Positions 20,518-27,805 of a stretch of DNA of 32,000 bases are shown here, piece by piece; the first letter of the stretch is position 1; the number at the start of each line of letters is the position of its first letter. The stretch is from Candidatus Methylomirabilis limnetica (GTDB lineage Bacteria > Methylomirabilota > Methylomirabilia > Methylomirabilales > Methylomirabilaceae), in NCBI RefSeq assembly GCF_003044035.1, contig NZ_NVQC01000022.1:30001-62000 (forward strand), given 5' to 3'. Under the pieces are notes generated by a model, which saw only the letters and a list, made by a program, of their open reading frames with translations, did not search any database and was not told where the DNA came from. Both the position numbers and the translations under genes were made by a program.

Positions 20518-21003
20518 ATGCCTGACCCGGCAAGACTTGAACTGGCGGAATTCTATTTTAAAGAAGGACACCGACTGCAAGCGAGCTCGGATCTGGATGG
20601 CGCGATTGCAGCCTACAAGCGGTCCATAGAACTCTACCCGACGGCTGAGGCTCACACCTTCCTGGGGTGGGCATACAGCTTTCAGGGACAGATCGACGAG
20701 GCTATCAAGGAGTGTGAGGCTGCCATCCAGGTCGACCCTGATTTCGGCAATCCGTACAACGACATCGGCGTCTACCTGATTGAGAAGGGGCGGTACGACG
20801 AGGCGATCCCGTGGCTCGAACGGGCCATGGTGGCCAGGCGGTACGAACCTCGCCATTACCCCCACATGAATATGGGCCGAGTCCTTATGCGGAAAGGGAA
20901 ATACCAAGAGGCGATCAGAGAGCTAAAACTGGCCCTGGAAATTGAGCCGAATTATACTGCGGCCCGCGTCGAGTTGCACAAGGTCCTGGGGCTGTTGAAT
21001 TGA
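20518..21003 (+). CDS. Tetratricopeptide-repeat (TPR) protein
   Basis: Repeated 34-aa units with A..Y..AI...P....A...LG pattern (AIAAYKRSIELYP, AIKECEAAIQVDP, AIRELKLALEIEP). ATG 20518 is preceded by AGGTG. GTG 20509 is the track start. Confidence 0.85.
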   Translation: MPDPARLELAEFYFKEGHRLQASSDLDGAIAAYKRSIELYPTAEAHTFLGWAYSFQGQIDEAIKECEAAIQVDPDFGNPYNDIGVYLIEKGRYDEAIPWLERAMVARRYEPRHYPHMNMGRVLMRKGKYQEAIRELKLALEIEPNYTAARVELHKVLGLLN

Positions 21004-21034
21004 CTGGCTGACCCCTTATCGAGGTCTGCGCTGC

Positions 21035-22327
21035 ATGTTATCGCAATGGTCCATCCCTCTGTTCTTACTGGTGATTGCCGGGGCGACGATCATACCTGAA
21101 AGGCAGGCGCTTGGAAGCGAGTCTCCGCCTTCGGATCTACGCACCTCATCCGCCGATAGGACCAGACAGTATTTTACCCCTGAAGAGATCGACAGGGGGC
21201 GGGCATACGCGCGAGGGCGATATGTGTTGTATGGCGTGCGAATGGCGTTGACCCTCGGCCTCTTTGGGCTCATGACCCTGAGCCCACTGTCCGCGAAAAT
21301 TCGCGATCTCAGCATCTCGGTCGCAAGCGGGCGTGTGTGGCTAACCATTGCGGTGTACGGCCTCTTGGTGGCTCTGCTGTATTATGCGGTCACGTTCCCT
21401 GTCAGCCTCTACGGGGGCTTCCTCCGCGAGCATACATTTGGCCTCTCTCGCCAGTCGGTCGCTTCGTGGGCGTGGGATTATACCAAAGGGGCACTGATCA
21501 ACGCGGCGATCCTGCTCCCGCTGCTGATGCTGCTCTACGCTTTTATCCGATGGGATCCCGTCCGTTGGTATCTGTCGGCATGGGTTATCCTTGTCCTTGT
21601 GATGGGCTTGCTCGCTGAACTGTCTCCGATCCTCCTCGATCCGTTGTTTCACACGTTCCGACCGGTGCAGGATAAAGCGTTGGTGAACCGGCTCCGTGCG
21701 TTAACTGATCGGGCTGGTCTCACAGTAGGGCCGATCCTGGAGATAGATGCCAGCAAAAAAACCAACAAAACCAATGCCTACTTCACGGGGCTCGGACGAA
21801 CGAGACGCATCGTTCTGTACGATACGCTGATCGCCGGCTCCACCCCTGAGGAGGTGGAACTGATTGTGGCGCATGAGTTGGGCCACTGGAGACGGCACCA
21901 CACCTGGAAGGGGATGGCCATTAGCGCGACCTCGGCGCTGGCAGCCATGTGGTTGATCGCTCGCCTTCTCAATACCGCAGCCGACTCCGGACGCTTTGGT
22001 TTTATTCATCCGGCTGACCCTATGTCGTTACCGTTCCTGCTGCTCCTCTTCCTCGCCCTCACCATCCTGACGACGCCTATCCAGGTAGCTATTTCGCGGT
22101 CCTTTGAACGAGAAGCCGACCTCGAATCGCTCCGTCTCAGCGCTAACCCTGAGGCCTTTATCGGCGCAGAGGTCAAGCTTGCCAGGACGAATTTCGCAGA
22201 CATCGAGCCACCGCGAGCCATGGTCTGGCTCTTGTATACCCACCCTCCGGTCCTCGAGCGGATCGCCATGGCCGAGTCTTTTCGAGCGAAACAGGGGCAG
22301 CGAAGAGGTGAAATTGATGACCGCTAG
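21035..22327 (+). CDS. M48-family (Ste24/HtpX-like) integral-membrane zinc metallopeptidase
   Basis: HEXXH motif VAHELGHW with a downstream E(A)D. There are multiple TM helices before and after it. 430 aa. Confidence 0.9.
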   Translation: MLSQWSIPLFLLVIAGATIIPERQALGSESPPSDLRTSSADRTRQYFTPEEIDRGRAYARGRYVLYGVRMALTLGLFGLMTLSPLSAKIRDLSISVASGRVWLTIAVYGLLVALLYYAVTFPVSLYGGFLREHTFGLSRQSVASWAWDYTKGALINAAILLPLLMLLYAFIRWDPVRWYLSAWVILVLVMGLLAELSPILLDPLFHTFRPVQDKALVNRLRALTDRAGLTVGPILEIDASKKTNKTNAYFTGLGRTRRIVLYDTLIAGSTPEEVELIVAHELGHWRRHHTWKGMAISATSALAAMWLIARLLNTAADSGRFGFIHPADPMSLPFLLLLFLALTILTTPIQVAISRSFEREADLESLRLSANPEAFIGAEVKLARTNFADIEPPRAMVWLLYTHPPVLERIAMAESFRAKQGQRRGEIDDR

Positions 22328-23207
22328 ATCGTTCGGTCCTGTGATCCTTATCCATGGAGGCGCAGGAAAGGTAGCTCCTGACTTAGTTGAGTTACGGCGA
22401 GATGGTATTCGGGCAGCCGTTGTGAATGGATGGCAAGTGCTCACAGCGGGAGGCTCCGCGGTGGACGCCGTCGAGCAGGTAGTCAAGACACTGGAGGACG
22501 ATCCGGCCTTCAACGCTGGCCGAGGCGCCGTCCTTAATCGGGATGGAGAGATAGAACTCGACGCCTCGATCATGGACGGCCGAGGTTTGGCAGCCGGAGC
22601 CGTCGGCGCCGTGAAACGGATCGCTAATCCTGTGACGCTCGCAAGAACAGTAATGGAGGCTGGCGGGCCAACCCTGCTTGTCGGGGAGGGGGCCCAGCGA
22701 TTCGCCGCAGCGGTTGGGATCAAGGAGTGCGTGGCCGAAGCGCTGATTACGGAACGACAGCGTGCCCGATGGTCCGCCCTGCGAGAGGAGCAGGTCGAGG
22801 GTGTCGGTACCGTCGGCGCCATCGCCATCGACCAAGCGGGGCACTTAGCCGCAGCAACCTCGACGGGCGGCCTGCCGCTGAAGACACCAGGCCGCGTAGG
22901 CGACTCTGCGCTGATTGGCTGCGGGACCTATGCCGACGATCAGCTCGGCGCGGCCAGTTGCACTGGCAATGGGGAGGCGATCATTAAACTGGTGCTCGCA
23001 AAAACCGCTCTCGAGTTCCTTCGGATGGGCGAAGAGCCAATGGCGGCGGCCAGGCGTGCCGTCGGAGAGCTTACGGCCAGGACCGGCGCCGAGGTCGGCA
23101 TCATCCTGCTCGATCAATACGGCCGAATTGGCGTTGCGAGGAATACCGCGCAGATGCCCTGCGCTTGCATCCGGGAGGGCAACACAGATCCTGAGATCTT
23201 TGATTGA
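22317..23207 (+). CDS. iaaA: Isoaspartyl peptidase / L-asparaginase (Ntn hydrolase, plant-type asparaginase family)
   Basis: ILIHGGAG near the N-terminus. The autoprocessing site GTVGAIAID carries the Thr nucleophile. ATSTGG and GCGTYAD motifs are present. ATG 22317 overlaps the end of the M48 gene by 11 nt. The longer track ORF from 22104 is an out-of-context extension. Confidence 0.9.
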   Translation: MTARSFGPVILIHGGAGKVAPDLVELRRDGIRAAVVNGWQVLTAGGSAVDAVEQVVKTLEDDPAFNAGRGAVLNRDGEIELDASIMDGRGLAAGAVGAVKRIANPVTLARTVMEAGGPTLLVGEGAQRFAAAVGIKECVAEALITERQRARWSALREEQVEGVGTVGAIAIDQAGHLAAATSTGGLPLKTPGRVGDSALIGCGTYADDQLGAASCTGNGEAIIKLVLAKTALEFLRMGEEPMAAARRAVGELTARTGAEVGIILLDQYGRIGVARNTAQMPCACIREGNTDPEIFD

Positions 23208-23215
23208 GTCGAATG

Positions 23216-23376
23216 GTAACTGCTCAGGTAGATAGACTGAAGGCTGAAGGCTTTTAGGGGTAAGCCGCGTGATTATTTAAAACCCCGAGAAGGTCTTGAG
23301 GGGCTCGGTTCGTACCCTCTGATATAATTTAGAGCCTTCAGCCTTCAGTCTTCAGCCTAAACACCTGAGTAGTTAC
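23216..23376. mobile_element. 161-bp MITE-like element with about 40-bp TIRs that contain inverted heptamer tandem repeats
   Basis: Left end: GTAACTGCTCAGGTAGATAGA(CTGAAGG)x2CT. Right end: AG(CCTTCAG)x2 TCTTCAG CCTAAACACCTGAGTAGTTAC. CGAATG is present on both flanks (23210-23215 and 23379-23384). It is non-coding and lies between iaaA and the AI-2E gene. Confidence 0.8.
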
Positions 23377-23403
23377 GCCGAATGAACGAAGAGGGTGGAG
23401 AGA

Positions 23404-24537
23404 ATGGGCGATAAGAAACATGATGGCAGGGTTTCCAGATGGGGCGGGAATGGAACTGGCGTTTCCGCCGCGTTCTTCTATGGGTCTCTGCTCCTACTCC
23501 TCTACCTGACCTACCTGATCCTGATTCCCTTCGGGTCTCCGATTCTCTGGGCAGCCGTACTGGTCATTGTCTTTCAACCGGTCTATCGCCGCCTGCTGCA
23601 ATGGCTCGGTGGCAAGTCCGCACTCACCGCCCTTGTGCTGACGATCACTGTGATTGCGGCCGTGATGATCCCGGCTATCCTGTGCGGGTGGGTACTGACG
23701 CGCGAAGCCGCCAGCTTCTATCAGGCGACAGAGCGTCTCTATCAGCAGCAGGGAGTCGCAGGGATCTCATCCCATCCGGTGGTGATGGCCGGGCGGGCCT
23801 TTTGGGATCGTATAAGCCTGCCCTTTACGCGTCTGGGCTTCGATCTGAATGCGCTACTGCTGAGCGGCCTGAGTGCGGTCAGCAGCTTCATCGTCGACAA
23901 CCTAAAGGGGATCGCCCTCAACCTGTTGAGTTTTACGGTCAATTTCTTCCTCACCGTCTTCACCTTTTTCTTCTTACTCAGGGACGGTGAGGCGATCGTC
24001 GGCAGCCTCCAGAGGCTCTTGCCGCTTGAACGGAGACATGCCGAGGTGCTCTTTTCGCGTCTCTACGACGCTGTGTCAGCCGTAGTCCGCGGCACACTCG
24101 TGACGGCCCTGGCGCAGGGCGTCCTTGGTGGGGTAGGCTACTGGACCCTCGGTGTCCCGTACCCGGTCTTTCTCGGGCTGGCCACCGCCCTCTTCTCGTT
24201 ACTCCCAGTTGGCGGATCAGGGCTGATCTGGGTCCCCGCAGCCGGTTATCTGTTCCTGGAGGGAAGCTGGATTAGCGGTCTCTTCCTGATCGCCTGGTCG
24301 GTAGTGGTCGTCAGCACTGCCGATAATGTGCTGAAGCCGGCGCTCATTTCAGGCGGCACCAATCTGCCGACGCTATTTCTATTTTTTGGTATGCTTGGCG
24401 GTCTTCAGGTATTCGGTATTCTCGGGTTCATCCTGGGGCCAGTGCTTCTAGTGACGCTCGCGACTTTCATCGAGATCTACGTAGAGCTATCGGCAACCCC
24501 GGCCGACCAGTCTATCGGAGGTAGGCAGGACAGGTGA
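23404..24537 (+). CDS. AI-2E family transporter (PerM/YhhT-like permease)
   Basis: About 377 aa with 7-8 TM helices and the typical PerM layout. The conserved C-terminal region is present (VVVSTADNVLKPALISGGTNLPTLFLFFGMLGGLQVFGILGFILGPV). ATG 23404 follows GGTGGAG. GTG 23395 is the alternative start. Confidence 0.85.
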   Translation: MGDKKHDGRVSRWGGNGTGVSAAFFYGSLLLLLYLTYLILIPFGSPILWAAVLVIVFQPVYRRLLQWLGGKSALTALVLTITVIAAVMIPAILCGWVLTREAASFYQATERLYQQQGVAGISSHPVVMAGRAFWDRISLPFTRLGFDLNALLLSGLSAVSSFIVDNLKGIALNLLSFTVNFFLTVFTFFFLLRDGEAIVGSLQRLLPLERRHAEVLFSRLYDAVSAVVRGTLVTALAQGVLGGVGYWTLGVPYPVFLGLATALFSLLPVGGSGLIWVPAAGYLFLEGSWISGLFLIAWSVVVVSTADNVLKPALISGGTNLPTLFLFFGMLGGLQVFGILGFILGPVLLVTLATFIEIYVELSATPADQSIGGRQDR

Positions 24538-24603
24538 CGACAAGACAATGACCTTTCGGGTGTTATTAAAAGTGGTAAGGGATCTCAGGATCTCTCAGCA
24601 GGT

Positions 24604-24642
24604 AAGAGAAAATCAAGCAGGCTTAAGCAACCTAAGCCTGCT
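24604..24642 (-). terminator. Terminator hairpin between convergent genes (better U-tract on the minus strand)
   Basis: 10-bp perfect stem AGCAGGCTTA / TAAGCCTGCT (24616-24625 / 24633-24642) with a 7-nt loop. On the minus strand it is followed by UGAUUUUCUCUU. It lies 26 nt after the RRM gene stop. Confidence 0.6.
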
Positions 24643-24667
24643 CTTCGGAAATTGTGCGCTACCGCGG

Positions 24668-25069
24668 TTAATAGCCGCCCCTGCGACCGCCGCCACCGCC
24701 GCCGCCACCGCCGCCGCTACCGCCGCCGCCGCGATATCCGCCACCGCCGCCGCTGCTGCTACCACCACCACTGCGATATCCGCCACCACCGCCACCACCG
24801 CCACCACTTCGGCGAGGAGCCTGTTCTTTTGCCTCATTGACCGTCAGCGCCCGACCACCAACATCTCGCCCATTCAAGGCCTGGATAGCGGCCTCAGCGT
24901 CGCTCGGACTCTCCATCTCAACGAAGGCAAAGCCCCGGGGTCGTCCAGTATCACGATCTGTAATGATCTTGACATCGGTGACCTTACGATCACCCTCTTC
25001 AAAGAGGGTGCGGAGCGCAGATGCATCCGTATCAAACGGGAGATTACCAACATACACTCGTGTTCCCAT
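24668..25069 (-). CDS. RRM-type RNA-binding protein with glycine/arginine-rich C-terminal tail
   Basis: RNP-2 VYVGNL and RNP-1 RGFAFVEM are present. The tail reads RRSGGGGGGGGGYRSGGGSSSGGGGGYRGGGGSGGGGGGGGGGRRGGY. ATG 25069 is preceded by GGAAGGAG. The track ORF start 25165 adds an unsupported N-terminal extension. Confidence 0.92.
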   Translation of the reverse strand: MGTRVYVGNLPFDTDASALRTLFEEGDRKVTDVKIITDRDTGRPRGFAFVEMESPSDAEAAIQALNGRDVGGRALTVNEAKEQAPRRSGGGGGGGGGYRSGGGSSSGGGGGYRGGGGSGGGGGGGGGGRRGGY

Positions 25070-25188
25070 GCTTTCGAAACTCCTTCCGTCGGCCTGCGGC
25101 CGACTTCTCACGGGTAGTTCGATTAGCGCCATCGCCATGGCCCCGCATTCCATGGCTGGCTTCATCCGCCCGGACCTCCCCGGGGGAC

Positions 25189-25470
25189 TTAGAATTCCGC
25201 CGGGTCGCGGCGAACCGCGCGAGCCGCCTGGCGGCGAAGTCTACGTGCGGCCTCGCGAACCTTTCGGCGACGCTTCTCCCCTGGTTTTTCGTAGTGCGCT
25301 CTTCGTTTCAGTTCCTTCAAGATCCCATCGCGCAAGATGAGCTTCTTGAAGAGTCGAAGAGCTGATTCTACCCCTCGGCCATCTACCTTGACTTCGAGGG
25401 GGCGATGCCTCGTCCCTTTGTCGTACCTCGAACCCCCGCCTGTTTCCTCAGTACCATCGTCAAGAGCCAT
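25189..25470 (-). CDS. rpsU: 30S ribosomal protein S21 with about 25-aa N-terminal extension
   Basis: The core LEVKVDGRGVESALRLFKKLILRDGILKELKRRAHYEKPGEKRRRK matches the S21 pattern (V.V......ALRRFKR.....G.L.E.R.R..YEKP...RKRK). There is no in-frame start codon between M1 and the core. Confidence 0.88.
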   Translation of the reverse strand: MALDDGTEETGGGSRYDKGTRHRPLEVKVDGRGVESALRLFKKLILRDGILKELKRRAHYEKPGEKRRRKVREAARRLRRQAARAVRRDPAEF

Positions 25471-25672
25471 TATCCCTCGTCATCGCAGTGTCGCTTCCCG
25501 CTGACATGATTCACGGTCTTAGAAACGAAAATACCGCGAGCCCCTGGTCCTTGCGGTGTTTTCAGTAAACGCAAACGCAGGCCTCAGACCAAAAATCGAC
25601 TGAGTATAAGCATCCCCTGCAGGTGTGTCAAGGATAATCAGCCAACACCCCGGTAGAGACATCAACCAGCCC

Positions 25673-25701
25673 TTGCGCTCGCCCTGATCCTGATGTATAT
25701 A
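25673..25701 (+). promoter_or_regulatory. Weak candidate promoter for the Cld-like/mqn gene pair
   Basis: TTGCGC (25673-25678), a 17-nt spacer, then TATATA (25696-25701). Only partial matches to consensus. Confidence 0.3.
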
Positions 25702-25814
25702 AGAGATGTGGCGAAGGTAACACGCATGGGGCAGCGTGGGCAGCGGCCCAACCCGAAGCAGGATGAATAAGGGCAATGATATGCCGGCCTCGGACAGGGA
25801 GCAATTCATAAATT

Positions 25815-26102
25815 TTGCTTTTTACCTGGTACCTGCTGCCGATCGGTCAGCGTCAGGAGATCATGAATGCCCATATCAAGGTAGGTCACAAGTTTCCATC
25901 GGTGAAACTGAACACCACCTACTCATTTGGCCTCGATGACCAGGAGTTTGTGGTAGCATTTGAAAGCGACAGGCCGGCAGATTTCGTGGAGCTTATTATG
26001 GCGCTCCGTGAGACCGAGGCCAGTCGTTTTACCCTTCGCGATACGCCGATCTTCAGCTACATTCAAAAGACCATTCACGAGACCCTGGACGACCTGGGCT
26101 AG
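25815..26102 (+). CDS. Single-domain chlorite-dismutase-fold (Cld/HemQ family C-terminal-domain-like) protein
   Basis: WYLLPIGQRQEIMNAHIKVGHKFPSVKLNTTYSFGLDDQEFVVAFESDRPADFVELIMALRETEASRF matches the Cld-family C-terminal domain pattern (WY.L...eR..iM..H...G..y..v.q....S.GLDD.E..v.f..D....f..l...mR..e.s.y). Start is uncertain: TTG 25815, ATG 25863 (after AGGAG), or an upstream frame via a frameshift. Confidence 0.6.
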   Translation: MLFTWYLLPIGQRQEIMNAHIKVGHKFPSVKLNTTYSFGLDDQEFVVAFESDRPADFVELIMALRETEASRFTLRDTPIFSYIQKTIHETLDDLG

Positions 26103-26116
26103 AAAGCGGACAGCGC

Positions 26117-26956
26117 ATGGAGACACGTCTCATCCACATCGGACATAGTCCGGACCCGGATGATGCATTTATGTTTTACGCCCTGGCCAAGGAGCGACTT
26201 GACACGGGCCGGTTTCGCTTCCAGCATATCCTCGAAGCGATAGACGTTCTGAACGGTTGGGCGATGGAAGGCAGGCTGGAGGTGACAGCGATCTCAGCCC
26301 ATGCGTACACGTATGTGTCTGACCGCTACTTTCTGCTGCCCCATGGCGCCAGCATCGGACGGAACTACGGGCCGATCCTCGTGGCGAAGCGCCCACTCGA
26401 TCCTGCCGACCTCCGTGGCAAGCGAATTGCCGTTCCCGGTAGACTCACGACGGCCTTCCTTGTGCTGCAGCTCTACTTGCGTGAGTTTCAGGCTGTCGAG
26501 GTCCCCTTCGACCAGGTCTTCGACGCGGTCGAAAGAGGAGAGGCGGATGCCGGACTTGTCATCCACGAGGGGCAGCTCACCTTCGAGGCCAGCGGTTTTA
26601 CCAAGCTGCTGGATCTCGGAACCTGGTGGTACGAGCAGACCGCGCTGCCCCTGCCATTGGGGGCCAATGCTATCCGCAAGGATCTGGGTGAACCGTGTTG
26701 TCTGGAGGTTTCGGGATACCTTCAGGCCAGTATCAACTATGGCCTGGCTCACCGACAAGAGGCGCTTCAATACGCCATGCAGTTTGGTCGTGGATTAGAT
26801 GTGGCTCTAACCGATCGATTCGTCGGTATGTATGTGAACGAGGATACCCGTACCTGGAATCAGGAAACCAGACAGGGCCTCGAACATCTCCTGAATTTAG
26901 CATGGGAACAAGGCCTGATAACCAAGCGAATCCAACCGGAGTTCCTCCCCGGTTAA
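26117..26956 (+). CDS. MqnA/MqnD-family periplasmic-binding-fold protein (futalosine-pathway menaquinone biosynthesis-like)
   Basis: The N-terminus IHIGHSPDPDDAFMFYAL is characteristic of the MqnD-related branch. 279 aa. The exact enzymatic step cannot be assigned. Confidence 0.7.
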   Translation: METRLIHIGHSPDPDDAFMFYALAKERLDTGRFRFQHILEAIDVLNGWAMEGRLEVTAISAHAYTYVSDRYFLLPHGASIGRNYGPILVAKRPLDPADLRGKRIAVPGRLTTAFLVLQLYLREFQAVEVPFDQVFDAVERGEADAGLVIHEGQLTFEASGFTKLLDLGTWWYEQTALPLPLGANAIRKDLGEPCCLEVSGYLQASINYGLAHRQEALQYAMQFGRGLDVALTDRFVGMYVNEDTRTWNQETRQGLEHLLNLAWEQGLITKRIQPEFLPG

Positions 26957-27041
26957 GCCCCTACTCCCCTCATTTCTTCACACCCTCGGTCCGATCCGAC
27001 CCACAACTGTCGGCAACCGGATCCCTCCCCCATCACCACTC

Positions 27042-27070
27042 TTGACACCGTGCAATGCCGCGTCTATGCT
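27042..27070 (+). promoter_or_regulatory. Candidate sigma70 promoter of the secreted repeat-protein gene
   Basis: TTGACA (27042-27047), a 17-nt spacer, then TATGCT (27065-27070). It lies about 90 nt upstream of the ATG at 27162. Confidence 0.5.
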
Positions 27071-27161
27071 CAGCTCGATGGAGAGCCACCGTAGTGAAAG
27101 TTCTTACACTCTAGTTGGCGTGTCGTTCATCATCAGCATTCTAACCAAGGAGGGCTTGCAG

Positions 27162-27620
27162 ATGAAACAGATTCTCACATTTACCGGTGCCGTCACGAGC
27201 GCGCTGTTGTTCAGCACGTGGGCCTTTGCCCAATACCAACCACCCGTAATCCCGACGGTACCGACGATCTCGGACATCAAGACCGGGGTTGAACAAAAAG
27301 CGGCGGAGGAACGTGGGAAAGCGGAAGGGAAGGCCAAAGCGGCCGTTGATAGAGTAGAAGAGAAATCAAAGAAAGCCGCAGACAAGGCGGCCATGAAAGC
27401 TGAGCAGGCGCAGAAGAAAGTCCAGCAGGAGACGGAGAAGGCGGCTGCAAAGGCCGAGCAGCAGAAGCATAAAGCAGAAACCAAGGCGATCCAGATGCAG
27501 GGAAAAGTTAAGGAACAAACAGAGAAGGCACACAACGCGGCCGTGGGACACGTAGAGAAAGCCGAAACAAAGACCTCACGGGAGATAGAGAAGGCCGAAA
27601 AGAAGCTCTTGGGAGAATGA
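27162..27620 (+). CDS. Secreted Lys/Ala/Glu-rich helical-repeat protein (LEA/apolipoprotein-like)
   Basis: ATG 27162 is preceded by AAGGAGGG. The signal peptide is MKQILTFTGAVTSALLFSTWAFA. The mature part is repeated KAxxKAEQ/EKAxxK helical units. The track ORF from 27042 includes non-coding leader. Confidence 0.75.
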   Translation: MKQILTFTGAVTSALLFSTWAFAQYQPPVIPTVPTISDIKTGVEQKAAEERGKAEGKAKAAVDRVEEKSKKAADKAAMKAEQAQKKVQQETEKAAAKAEQQKHKAETKAIQMQGKVKEQTEKAHNAAVGHVEKAETKTSREIEKAEKKLLGE

Positions 27621-27658
27621 ACTACCCCGCGGCAAGCCGCGTGGTAGTTCATTGTTGC
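27618..27658 (+). terminator. Terminator-like hairpin after the repeat-protein gene
   Basis: TGAACTACCCCGCGGC aa GCCGCGTGGTAGTTCA has 15 of 16 positions paired. It is followed by TTGTTG. It starts within the stop codon. Confidence 0.5.
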
Positions 27659-27678
27659 GACTTACGACGCTATGTATA
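27651..27678 (+). repeat. 28-nt repeat, copy 2 (TTGTTG-N17-TATAGC), upstream of prk
   Basis: ATTGTTGCGACTTACGACGCTATGTATA matches 17147-17174 at 26 of 28 positions. Confidence 0.7.
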
Positions 27679-27732
27679 GCAATGAGTAGCGCGCCATTTG
27701 TCCGCTTAATGCACAGCCCCTATCAAAAGATA

Positions 27733-27761
27733 TATACAGCCACCTGGGGTTCGGCTAGAAT
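27733..27761 (+). promoter_or_regulatory. Candidate promoter of prk
   Basis: TATACA (27733-27738), a 17-nt spacer, then TAGAAT (27756-27761). It lies 45 nt upstream of the prk ATG, which follows GAGGAG. Confidence 0.35.
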
Positions 27762-27805
27762 GTTATGAGATTGCGCATCTAAAAAATCTTCCGAGGAGAA
27801 GCTCC

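Noticed and set aside
22028-22844. Minus-strand ORFs 22028..22828 (266 aa) and 22392..22844, and the N-terminal extension of the iaaA ORF from 22104
   Set aside because: The minus-strand ORFs are antisense to iaaA and the end of the M48 gene. The 22104-22316 extension is simply the M48 gene read in another frame. The conserved asparaginase N-terminus starts at ATG 22317.
24548-25340. Plus-strand ORFs 24548..25117 (Ala/Thr-rich), 24652..24840 (Arg/His-rich), 24837..25340, and minus 24613..24837
   Set aside because: They are artefacts of the GCC/ACC trinucleotide tract that encodes the Gly-rich tail of the RRM protein on the minus strand. The RRM frame has canonical RNP-1 and RNP-2 motifs.
27104-27652. 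182-aa minus-strand ORF opposite the Lys/Ala/Glu repeat gene
   Set aside because: It is a mirror frame of a low-complexity repeat. The plus-strand gene has an SD, a signal peptide, a promoter and a terminator.
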